A model generated the notes under the pieces. The model saw nothing but the letters and a program-made list of their open reading frames with translations, did no database searches and was not told the DNA's origin. Shown in pieces: positions 1 through 11,079 of a DNA stretch of 64,000 nucleotides. Numbering within the stretch: position 1 is the stretch's first letter; every line of letters starts with the position of its first letter. The translations under genes were made by a program, and so were the position numbers. Origin of the DNA: Eledone cirrhosa (taxonomy: Eukaryota); contig OZ024760.1 in the NCBI GenBank assembly GCA_964016885.1, positions 17,174,001 through 17,238,000 of the forward strand, written 5' to 3'.

Positions 1-169
1 TCAGTGTCCAAGTCTCAGACCCGTACAGCACCACAGACTTTTCACACTTGCATGGGTTAGATGGGTTGTTACGTTATGAGACAAGTCAGGTCCAGAGATC
101 ATGTTTCTCTCTCATACGGCTCTGTATTTTGGCTTCTATGGCTAGATACCCTTCCTAGCGCCAACCTCA

Positions 170-572
170 TTTACAGTGAGAGCTGGGTGCTTTTTGTCGT
201 GTCACCTACACGACCACTTGACAGTGTGGGCTGGGTGCTCTTTGTTGTGACACCTACATGACCACTTTAAAGTGTGGGCTGGGTGTTTTTTGTTGTGACA
301 CCTACATGACCACTTTACAGTGTGGGCTGGGCGCTTTTTGTTGTGACACCTACATGACCACTTTACAGTGTGGGCTGGGCGCTTTTTGTCGTGTCACCTA
401 CACGACCACTTTACAGTGTGGGCTGGGTGCTCTTTGTTGTGACACCTACATGACCACTTTACAGTGTGGGCTGGGTGTTTTTTGTTGTGACACCTACATG
501 ACCACTTTACAGTGTGGGCTGGGCGCTTTTTGTCATGTCACCATCACAACCTCTTTACAGTGTGAGCTGGGG
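170..572. repeat. 48-bp tandem repeat (about 8 units) derived from a SINE-tail segment
   Basis: cctacatgaccactttacagtgtgggctggg.. repeats at 301 and 349; follows the gatacccttcct SINE tail motif. Confidence 0.85.
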
Positions 573-988
573 TCATTTATATTAAATGAAAGTTTAGACA
601 AGGATTAGTCAGAGGACTAGGTCCTGCACATATGCTTTGCTTTGGCTTGGTTTCTACAGCTGGATGCCCTCCCTGACGCCAACCACTCTACAGTGTGTAC
701 AGGAAGCATTTTATCATGACTCTGACAAGATGTATTGGGTGCTTTTTGTTGTGTATATGTATATATATATATATATATATCATCATCACCGTTTAACTTC
801 GATTTTTCTAGCATATACTACACCACCACACCACCATACCACTTCACTACTACACTACCACACTACTCCACCACCACACCATTATTTGCTGCTGTATAAA
901 CACTGAAAGTGATATAGCAGTGGTAGAGAAGTCTTACTGATATATCAACTTACATACTGCTACATATGTGTATGTGTGTATGTATCTG

Positions 989-1027
<39 letters not shown>

Positions 1028-1277
1028 ATGTATGTGTGAATGTATGTATATGTGTATATATGTGTGTGGGTGTATGTTATGGTATGTATGTATAATGTGT
1101 AAGTTATGGTATATATGTTATGTGGTGTGTATATTGTGGTAGGTGTGTATGTATATATGTGTATATTATGGCATGTATATATGTGTAAGTTATAGTATGT
1201 ATGGTATGTTATGGTATGTATATATATATATGTATATATGTTATGGTATGTATGGATGTTATGGTATGTATATATAT

Positions 1278-1684
1278 ATAATATAAGATCAAAAGATGGT
1301 TAAAGGAGTTCCATGTATTTTATTATGCGCATTTCAAAAACAAACATCATCATGCAATAATATTTGTGTTTTCATCAGATAAAACAGGAGAACATGATAT
1401 GAAGGCTAAAAAACACTTGTGGATAGTGCAGTTTTAAATCAACATGCACTATCCACAAGTGTTTTTTAGCCTTCATATCATGTTCTCCGGTTTTATCTGA
1501 TGAAAACACAAATATTATTGCATGATGATGTTTGTTTTTGAAATGCGCATAATAAAATACATGGAACTCCTTTAACCATCTTTTGATCTTATATTATGTA
1601 TACTCCAGTCCTACAAACTGTAGAGTGCTTCTTATCCGATATCTGCATTGCTTTATTGTACTACAATAAAACTCACCTCCTACA
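1278..1684. mobile_element. Hammerhead-bearing fold-back element, family A (other copies 32107-32525, 37737-38044, 54267-54522)
   Basis: About 150-bp inverted arms 1278-1430/1445-1596, unique tail ending ...aactcacctcctaca, flanked by (TA)n; four similar copies in the window. Confidence 0.75.
1491..1557 (+). ncRNA. Type I hammerhead ribozyme, family A (inverted twin at 1318-1384 on -)
   Basis: UUUUAU-CUGAUGA-long stem II (ACAAAUAUUAUU/GAUGAUGUUUGU)-GAA-AUGCGCAU palindrome-A/AUAAAA; AUA triplet. Confidence 0.75.
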
Positions 1685-2305
1685 TATATATATATATATA
1701 TATATATATGTTATGGTATGTATATATGTTATGGTATGTATGTATATATGTTATGGTATGTATATATATATGTTATGGTATGTATATATGTTATGGTATG
1801 TATGTATATATGTTATGGTATGTATGTATATATGTTATGGTATGTATATATATATGTTATGGTATGTATATATGTTATGGTATGTATGTATATATGTTAT
1901 GGTATGTATATATATATGTTATGGTATGTATATATGTTATGGTATGTATATATATATATGTTATGGTATGTATATATGTTATGGTATGTATATATATATA
2001 TATGTATATATGTTATGGTATGTATATATATATATATGTATATATGTTATGGTATGTATATATATATATATGTATATATGTTATGGTATGTATATATATA
2101 TATATGTATATATGTTATGGTATGTATGGATGTTATGGAATGTATAGATGTGATTGTATGTATGGTATGTATATATTATGTATAATTATATATATATATA
2201 TGTATATATGTTATGTATGTATGTTATGGTATGTATGTATCTATGTAGGTATGTATATATATATACATATATATATACATATGTTCTGCAGGACCAGTCT
2301 TAGTC

Positions 2306-4033
2306 TTAACCCTTTAGCATTTAAACTGGCCACATCTGGCCAGAATTCTCTCACCACTTTCTTTTCAAACTGGCTGTAACTGACCACTCATACTGATGTT
2401 AAGGCATTGTTCTCAAAATAAATAATATCAAAACCTCGTAGATTTGATATCATGTGAGGTAAAGTCTTTACCATGAAAATGTAATAGTAAATATAGAGTA
2501 ATGTAATTGGTATGTGAGATATCATGTGAGGTAAAGTCTTTACCATGAAAATGTAATAGTAAATATAGAGTAATGTAATTGGTATGTGAGATATCCTGTG
2601 AGGTAAAGTCTTTACCATGAAAATGTAATAGTAAATATAGAGTAATGTAATTGGTATGTGAGATATCATGTGAGGTAAAGTCTTTACCATGAAAATGTAA
2701 TAGTAAATATAGAGTAATGTAAATGTTATGTGAGATATCATGTGAGGTAAAGTCTTTACCATGAAAATGTAATAGTAAATATAGAGTAATGTAAATGTTA
2801 TGTGAGATATCATGTGAGGTAAAGTCTTTACTATGAAAATGTAATAGTAAATATAGAGTAATGTAAATGGTATGTGAGATATCATGTGAGGTAAAGTCTT
2901 TACCATGAAAATGTAATAGTAAATATAGAGTAATGTAAATGTTATGTGAGATATCATGTGAGGTAAAGTCTTTACCATGAAAATGTAATAGTAAATATAG
3001 AGTAATGTAAATGTTATGTGAGATATCATGTGAGGTAAAGTCTTTACCATGAAAATGTAATAGTAAATATAGAGTAATGTAAATGGTATGTGAGATATCA
3101 TGTGAGGTAAAGTCTTTACCATGAAAATGTAATAGTAAATATAGAGTAATGTAATTGGTATGTGAGATATCATGTGAGGTAAAGTCTTTACCATGAAAAT
3201 GTAATAGTAAATATAGAGTAATGTAAATGTTATGTGAGATATCATGTGAGGTAAAGTCTTTACCATGAAAATGTAATAGTAAATATAGAGTAATGTAAAT
3301 GGTATGTGAGATATCATGTGAGGTAAAGTCTTTACCATGAAAATGTAATAGTAAATATAGAGTAATGTAATTGGTATGTGAGATATCATGTGAGGTAAAG
3401 TCTTTACCATGAAAATGTAATAGTAAATATAGAGTAATGTAAATGTTATGTGAGATATCATGTGAGGTAAAGTCTTTACCATGAAAATGTAATAGTAAAT
3501 ATAGAGTAATGTAAATGGTATGTGAGATATCATGTGAGGTAAAGTCTTTACCATGAAAATGTAATAGTAAATATAGAGTAATGTAATTGGTATGTGAGAT
3601 ATCATGTGAGGTAAAGTCTTTACCATGAAAATGTAATAGTAAATATAGAGTAATGTAATTGGTATGTGAGATATCATGTGAGGTAAAGTCTTTACCATGA
3701 AAATGTAATAGTAAATATAGAGTAATGTAATTGGTATGTGAGATATCATGTAAGGTAAAGTCTTTACCATGAAAATGTAATAGTAAATATAGAGTAATGT
3801 AATTGGTATGTGAGATATCATGTGAGGTAAAGTCTTTACCATGAAAATGTAATAGTAAATATAGAGTAATGTAATTGGTATGTGAGATATCATGTGAGGT
3901 AAAGTCTTTACCACGAAAATGTAATAGTAAATATAGAGTAATGTAATTGGTATGTGAGATATCATGTGAGGTAAAGTCTTTACCATGAAAATGTAATAGT
4001 AAATATAGAGTAATGTAAATGGTAAAGAGTTAA
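2306..4033. mobile_element. TTAA-flanked (piggyBac-like) MITE containing an expanded 69-bp array
   Basis: ttaa-CCCTTTAGCATTTA...TAAATGGTAAAGAG-ttaa termini; unexpanded or partial copies at about 7815-8099, 10260-10430, 17200-17381, 26935-27160, 34251-34446, 50021-50200, 57721-57988. Confidence 0.75.
2445..4020. repeat. 69-bp minisatellite, about 23 units
   Basis: Unit gatatcatgtgaggtaaagtctttaccatgaaaatgtaatagtaaatatagagtaatgtaa(t/a)t(g/t)gtatgtga; produces the 23-aa-periodic false ORF 2388-3986. Confidence 0.95.
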
Positions 4034-4175
4034 AAAATATATGGAGGGAGAAAAGTCATAAATCTTTTGTGAAAAACACATTTTGTACATATATATATAG
4101 AGCAAATAATATATTGAGAAACGTAATTGTCATACATTAGTACACATCAATAACTTATCAGAGTATGTGTGTATA

Positions 4176-4207
<32 letters not shown>

Positions 4208-4368
4208 GGTAACAATTATTAGGCTTTTGTTCTCTCTCTCTCTCCTTTCTTTTCAGGCTTTACATATATGTCACTACTCAATAAATGCAATGAAGACTTA
4301 AGACTTCATCCTTTGTATTATTATTACACTCATTTTTTGTGGTGAGCAGTCATTATTTGTTGGTACTA

Positions 4369-4560
4369 GGGTGGTGGATTGGCAGTATCGGTAGAGCGTC
4401 GGACGCCATGCTTTCCAGCATAGTTACGTCCCTTTACGATCTAAGTTCAAATCCCACCGAGGTTGACTTTGCCTTTCATCCTTACGGGGTCGATAAAATA
4501 AAGTACCAGTAATGCACTGGGTAATTGCTGGCCTTGTGCCTAAAGTAGAAACAATTATTA
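4369..4560 (+). mobile_element. tRNA-derived SINE family 2 (also about 6185-6350 -, 18205-18415, 24290-24420 -, 28350-28530, 43678-44330 three tandem copies, 45358-45540 -, 54775-55085 -, 59860-59980)
   Basis: gttcaaatccc B box, gcctttcatcc...ggggtcgataaaataaagtaccag body, (ATT)n tail; resembles common octopus SINEs as I recall them. Confidence 0.8.
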
Positions 4561-4726
4561 CACTCTGCTTAGTACAATACCAATATACCTACTGGAAACT
4601 AAGCATCGAGTGCTCACTCTGGTGAACCTACAGTAACTGGGTGTTACAATTCCTAAATATATCTTAAAGACATTTTTTCCAATTCCATCCCGCCTGTCCC
4701 CTCAATCTATCCTATTTCTCATTCTT

Positions 4727-4762
4727 TCCTCTGATGAAGGACTAGCGTCCGAAACGTTAAGA
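4727..4762 (+). ncRNA. Minimal hammerhead, family B
   Basis: CUGAUGA-A-GGAC(UAGC)GUCC-GAAACGUU-AAGA; loopless palindromic ACGU stem III; one stem I mismatch in this copy. Confidence 0.65.
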
Positions 4763-4977
4763 CCCTCTTCCTGCTATATCAAGCGTTAACCTAATATATA
4801 CCTTCCATATACTGTACCGATTGTGTTGTTATTTCTGTTTACCTTTTAAATACATACATATATATATACATATATATATTTTTATTATATATTCTTGTAA
4901 TACTTCAGTGTATGTACATTCCATATTCTTCGGAGCTTCCGGCTTGTATCTGCCGATATTACTTCTTGTTGTTTTAA

Positions 4978-5021
4978 TTGCCCTGATGAGTCCTTAATAG
5001 GACGAAACATTGTCGGCTAAT
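4978..5021 (+). ncRNA. Type I hammerhead ribozyme, canonical core
   Basis: GCC-CUGAUGA-GUCCU(UAAU)AGGAC-GAA-AC(AUU)GU-C/GGC; GUC triplet, cleavage predicted after 5014. Confidence 0.85.
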
Positions 5022-5754
5022 AAAGACTTTTGATGTATTGAAGGCTTCTTTGTTTTACTCTCTTAATATATATATATATATATATAGAAGTAGTTCCATA
5101 ACAGTTAGTTCACTAGGTGAACTAACTGTTATGGAACTACTTCTACCAAACCCATCCTATGGACTGAGTGCTCTACTACTACGGAGATAACCCTCCTGTG
5201 TTCTACTATATATATATATATGTCACTGGACCGAGACCTTTGGTGGTACTCAGTAACAGAGAAGACCCGCCTTACCTAAATACAAAGTAAAACCTACTAG
5301 TCAGTAGGCATCTCTAACAAAATACACCCCCGTCCCACCCCATCCACACTGCCCCCTTCAATGCAAAGTTATGTTGGTGCCACAACATCCAGGCCGAAAC
5401 AAATGAGGTCGTGTAGGTGTCACGACAAAAAACCACACAGTCCACGCTGTAATGTGGCCGTGTAGGCAACACGGTAAAAACCTCCCAGCCCCACACTGTA
5501 AATGTGGTTGGTGTTAGGAAGGGCATCCAGCCGTAGAAAACCCGCCAGACAGTCCTATGCGAGCAAGACAACCACTCTTGCCTCAAGTGGGAATACCCCC
5601 GTCCAAACCCATGCAAGCGTGGAACAGGGACGTTAAACGATGATGATGATATATATATATAATGTATGTAAAAGGTAAACAGAAATAACAATACAATCGG
5701 TACAGTATATGGAAGGGATATATTAGGTTAACACTTGATATAGCAGGAAGAGGG

Positions 5755-5790
5755 TCTTAACGTTTCGGACACTAGTCCTTCATCAGAAGA
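5755..5790 (-). ncRNA. Minimal hammerhead, family B copy
   Basis: UCUU-CUGAUGA-A-GGAC(UAGU)GUCC-GAAACGUU/AAGA; stem I intact. Confidence 0.68.
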
Positions 5791-6439
5791 AAGAATGAGA
5801 AAAAAAATAGATTAAGGGGACGGGAGGGATGGAATTGGAAAAAATGTCTTTAGATGAAAATAACAGGTCCATTCATGTTGACATCTCTTGCAATACTGTT
5901 GGTGCTGGCGTTTTGTGTATGATTTGTTTTTTTAGAAAAGTGGATGATGGCGTGCGTCTCCCTGAAATGGGAAAAAAAATGTTTTGTAAAAAGAGCTATA
6001 CTTGAGCATGTGCGTAAGCATGTGTGTGTGTGTGTGTGTGCGTATGTGTTAGTGTGTGTTAGTGTGTGTTATAAGTCCATACGAAGCTAAGAAGAGATAT
6101 GTGTGTCTATCAATGAAAGGTAAAGTTAAAATGCCAATAATAATAATGATCTCTCTCTCTCTCTCTTATATATATATAGTAATAATAATTGTTTCTACTT
6201 TTGGCACCAGGCCAGCAATTATCCCAGTGCATTACTGGTACTTTATTTTATCGACCCCCGTAAGGATGAAAGGCAAAGTTAACCTCGGCGGGATTTGAAC
6301 TCGGATCATAAAGGGAGGTCACTCTATGCTTCAAAGCATGGCGCCCGACCCTCTAAATGTGAAGGCTAAAATCCAAAGAGGGCTCGATAAGGATAAATAT
6401 ATATCAAATATATAAGAACCCTAGAGCAAATATTTATTA

Positions 6440-6494
6440 AAAGTTTCAGAAGATCCCGTTAAGGGTGAAAGCAACGATTCTTTGCTTAAACTTT
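6440..6494 (+). ncRNA. Hammerhead family F, degenerate core (CAGAAGA)
   Basis: AAAGUUU-CAGAAGA-U-CCC(GUUAA)GGG-U-GAA-AGCAA/UUGCU-U/AAACUUU; a second family copy at 13507-13645 retains CUGAAGA on -. Confidence 0.55.
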
Positions 6495-6665
6495 AATCTA
6501 TTATTTTAATATATATATATATCATCATCATCATCATCATCAACGTTTAACGTCCGTGTTCCACGCTTGCATGGGTTTGGACGGGGGTATTCCCACTTGA
6601 GGCAAGAGTGATTGTCTTGCTCGCATAGGACTGTCTGGCAGGTTTTCTACAGTTGGATGCCCTTC

Positions 6666-6699
<34 letters not shown>

Positions 6700-6787
6700 A
6701 ATGTTGAGTTAAAAACTCACAATATTCCCTTATAATCGAATGAGATCAAAGAAGATGTTTATGTCCCTTATGATTTTAACACATATA

Positions 6788-6834
<47 letters not shown>

Positions 6835-7361
6835 ATTTCTCTCTTTACTGTGTTATATATATATATATATGAAATGTCAAGTAAAACATGTGCATGCAAT
6901 GACCTTGTCTTCACACAGTGAAGGTCACCAGAGATTGGTGTTCAGCTTGTCAAAATTACAGAATCTATGTTTACTTGTGAGCAAAGCTAGATAAGTTCCA
7001 CCATAGATAAATATACAGGAAAGCTAATGTTGGTGTCAGATGAGTGCTGACATAAAGTCAACCAGAAAATAGCTCCACACATACAGCCTGTGTGTGTGTG
7101 TAGGTGTTTGTGTGTGTGTGTGTAGGTGGTGTGTTTATTTGCAGCTCTCTTTGTCTCTCCTTTTGTTCTACACTAATGCTCTTATGTGGTTTTACTGAAA
7201 AATGTACACATGTACGTGGACACACACACACACACACACACACACATGCATACACACATATGCACTCACACACATGTATGCACACACACAGAGAAGGATA
7301 GTTAACTAAATACTCACAAACTACATTCTTTCACACATACAACTTGAATCTATATTTGTGA

Positions 7362-7436
<75 letters not shown>

Positions 7437-8591
7437 AGTCAAGACCCCAACGGCTGAGCTCCGGCTGTTTCGACAGCTAGATCCAAACTCTTTTCCTATT
7501 ACCAACTCTACTACCCTAAGTATCGAGTACTCTGGTGCGTTATGGTCCACCTGGTTCCTTACCACACTTCCTTTCTTATATAAATAGATATATAGTCGAT
7601 TGATAAGATCCGAGGCCTCATTCGCTTAATGAGTGGGGAGGAGCTCATCAATTCGGACCGAGGAAGCGATGTTTCCATTGGTCTTTCTGTCAGTCGCAAA
7701 TCCAGGCAGAAGGAGCAATGTAAAATAAAATCTTGCTCAAGGATAGTCGGGGTCCGAGAGATACAGATCAAACCTTCAGCTCATCAAACATGAAATGATC
7801 TGTGAATGTCCTTTCACCCTTTAGCATTTAAACCAGCCATATCCAACCAGAATTCTCTCAACTCATTCTATTCAAACCGGCCGTAACTGGCTGCTCATAC
7901 TGATGTTAAGGTATTATTCTCAAAATAAATAATATCAAAATCTCATAGATTCGATATTATGAGATAATTATGTGAGATAAAGCCTTTGCCATGAAAATAC
8001 AATAGTATATATAGAGTAATGTAAATGTTATGTGAGGTAAAGCCTTTGCCATGAAAATACAATAGTATATATAGAGTAATGTAAATGATAAAGGGTTAAC
8101 TTCTCGTCTGTCTGTGTGTGTGTGTGGACATGTTTGAGTCATATACATGTGTGTGTGTCTGGATCTGAGTGTGTGTGTGTAAGTGTTCTATAGTCTTATA
8201 TATTTGCATGTGAATATGTCTTTGTCATTCACAAAAGTATGTGTATGTGTGTGTAAGTGTCCTATGGGCTTATATATTTTTATGTGAATGTGTCTTTGTC
8301 ATATACTGAAGTAAAGGTATATGTATCCTATATCCCAAAGTGTGGGGATTATGTGTGTGGGGATGTGTGTGTGTGTGACTACAGCATACAATGTATGTAT
8401 TGTGTGTGTATAGATATAATGCCAGCCAAAGACTAACAAGTTTTCTATTCAAATTTCCCCCACAAAAGGATTATTTATAGTGTTGTTGTTGTTGTTGTTC
8501 TCATTTCCGTTTCTTTTAATAGACAAACCTGAATTACATCTAAAGTATACCTGTATACCTGTATGAGTGCATGTCTGTACAGACAGACATA

Positions 8592-8749
8592 CAGGGCCAT
8601 CTTAACACATGGGCATGCTGGGCAGTTGCCCGGGGGGCCCACGAGGATAGGGGCCCATTTGTATTTTTATTCCTGTGAGTGGTTGTGTAGGTAGGGGCCC
8701 CAGTGCTCTGCTTTGCCCAGGGGCCTATAATGCTGTTAAGACAGCCCTG
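8592..8749. mobile_element. GC-rich MITE
   Basis: CAGGGCCATCTTAAC...GTTAAGACAGCCCTG termini; flanks cagacata/catacata. Confidence 0.6.
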
Positions 8750-8781
8750 CATACATACACTAATTAATTTATTTATAGTAA

Positions 8782-8823
<42 letters not shown>

Positions 8824-8897
8824 AGTGAAGAATAACATGGTCAACAGTACAAAAAAAGGGGTTTTTTAACAGTAAATATATATATATATATATATAT

Positions 8898-9238
8898 GGA
8901 GGCACATGGCTTAGTGGTTAGAGCATTGGCCTTGCAATCGAAATGTTGTGAGTTCAATTCTCAGACCGGGTGATGTGTTGTTTCCTTGAGCAAGACACTT
9001 TATTTCACATTGCTCCAGTTTACTCAGCTGTAGAAATGAGAGGATAGGGACTGGGGTCCCTATCATTCCACTGCAAAGTGGTCGTGGAGGTGCCACGGCA
9101 AAAAAGCACCCAGCACTCACTGTAAATGAGGTTGGTGTTAGGAAGGGCATCCAGCTGTAGAAATCAAGCCAGCATCAGTTCCCGTCCCACCCTTGCAAGC
9201 AGGGAAAAGCGGACGTAAAATGAAATGATGAAATGATG

Positions 9239-9240
<2 letters not shown>
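8898..9240 (+). mobile_element. tRNA-derived SINE family 1 (also 20314-20506 -, 21518-21853 -, 36381-36717 -, 37355-37697 +; diverged heads near 25720-26130)
   Basis: A box TGGCTTAGTGG, B box GAGTTCAATTC, ccttgagcaagacact core, LINE-like tail ending (ATG)n; near-identical copies. Confidence 0.85.
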
Positions 9241-9282
<42 letters not shown>

Positions 9283-9540
9283 CATACATACACATACATA
9301 TCTATACACATTCATACATACATACATACATACACACACACATATATATATATATATACATACATACACACAACCCTTATTGAGTCCTCTCTGGAGTTTG
9401 ATCTTTGTATTTATTATTGCTACTATTCATATATATCTATATCTATATATATCTATATATATATGTGTGTGTGTGTATGTGCGTATGTCTGTCTCTCTCA
9501 CTCCCTTTCTCTTATTTAACTCTCTCTCTCTCTATTCCAG

Positions 9541-9694
9541 TTGGTGTCCTCTATGGACTGACCAGTATTTCAATTGGTCACCCCATTGACACAATTAAGA
9601 CAAAGATGCAAGGCCAACATGGTTTTGAAAGAACCAATATGTTTCAGACGTTTGCAAAAACTTTACAAACTCAGGGAATCCGAGGCTTCTACAG
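9541..9694 (+). CDS. SLC25 carrier exon (GVLYGLTSISIGHPIDTIKTKMQ...GFYR)
   Basis: ttccag acceptor, gtaaga donor, first carrier signature. Confidence 0.93.
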
Positions 9695-11020
9695 GTAAGA
9701 TCCAAACTGAACACTCGGTTGCTAGCCTCTCTGTTGTTCAATGGATAGCTATGTAAAGAGGCATAACTAGGGAAAATAGCCCCTATGGCAAGCAGTGACA
9801 TTGGGACCCTGCCCAGCACTGTATTTTTATCTATGGAGGCCTAATAATTTATATAAATGTTTTAATGATCCAGCCACCATAGTATTCTCAGCCATGAAAA
9901 TAAAAGACAGATCAAACATCTGAAGGAGTTTCTTTTTTCACTCTCTGATGAGCCTTATTTGACTTTAATAGAAAATGCTCCTAGTCCAAGTGGCCCCTTC
10001 GTGTGACACCCATGTCACGTGCCACGCTTGCTATACCCTAGATACGCATCTGGCTATGTGGTTAAATAGTTTCTTCATAAAATACATGGTTTCAAGTTTG
10101 ATCCTACTGCATGGCACCTCAGATATATGTCTTCTGCTTTCACCTTGGGTTAACCTCAGATATGAGTCTTCCTATATCACCTTGGGTTAACCTCAGATAT
10201 GTGTCTTCCACAATTGCCTTGGGTCAACCTCAGATATGTGTGTTCCCCCCTATTGTATTTTTGTGGTAAAGACTTAACCTTACATAATATTGAATCTATG
10301 AGATTTTGATACTATTTATTTTGAGAACAATACCTTAACATCAGTATGAGTGGCCAGTTACAGCCAGTTTGAATAGACAGAGGTGAGAGAATTCTGGCTG
10401 AATATGGCCAGTTTAAATTCTAAAGGGTTATCCATACCACCCTAAACTGACTTTTCTTCTATGATACAAAAATCATCTGTTTTAAAGTGTTACCATCCAT
10501 CATAATTTCATGTAAGAAATTTTTGTTCTGTTAGGTTCCAAATCCAGTTTAATATGAAAAGAGTTAGTTATATTTTTAAATCCTCCAAAATTTTGATTAT
10601 TTTCAACATTAAATGAAACTCATACACAGTGACTTTCATTAAAATTATGGTAACAAAGGGGATAATATTACTTTCATATTGATTCATCAATTACTACTTT
10701 GGCAAGTATAGTGGAAGCTATGATTCACTGATGAGATCAATAGACCAAAACATGTCTGGAGTTGTCTCTTGTATCCTGGAAAAAAAAAAATTGAGAAAAT
10801 AATGTTATCTTTTTTATTGTATCTTGTTAATAATTTCTTACATATTTTTCAGGGGTTGTATTCCACCATTTTTAGGGTCTGGTATATTTCGGTCTACACA
10901 GTTTGCTGTTTTTGAAGGAGCGTAAGTATTTTGTTCTTTATGTATGTGTATAGCTTGTTAATGAAGTGCCTAGTGGTTAGGGTGTTGGACTCAACATTGT
11001 ATCATTTTGTACACAGTGAC

Positions 11021-11079
<59 letters not shown>

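Noticed and set aside
2388-3986. 532-aa ORF with a 23-aa period
   Set aside because: Translation of a stop-free 69-bp satellite inside a MITE; no splice or homology support
6868-6994. Candidate first coding exon of the SLC25 gene
   Set aside because: No convincing phase-1 donor or carrier-like sequence; the true first exon was not identified and may lie upstream of the window
8898-8970. tRNA gene
   Set aside because: A/B boxes are present but there is no complete cloverleaf, and it continues into a SINE body found in five copies
9943-9980. CTGATGAG followed by a weak hairpin
   Set aside because: Core 3' half and stems cannot be assembled convincingly
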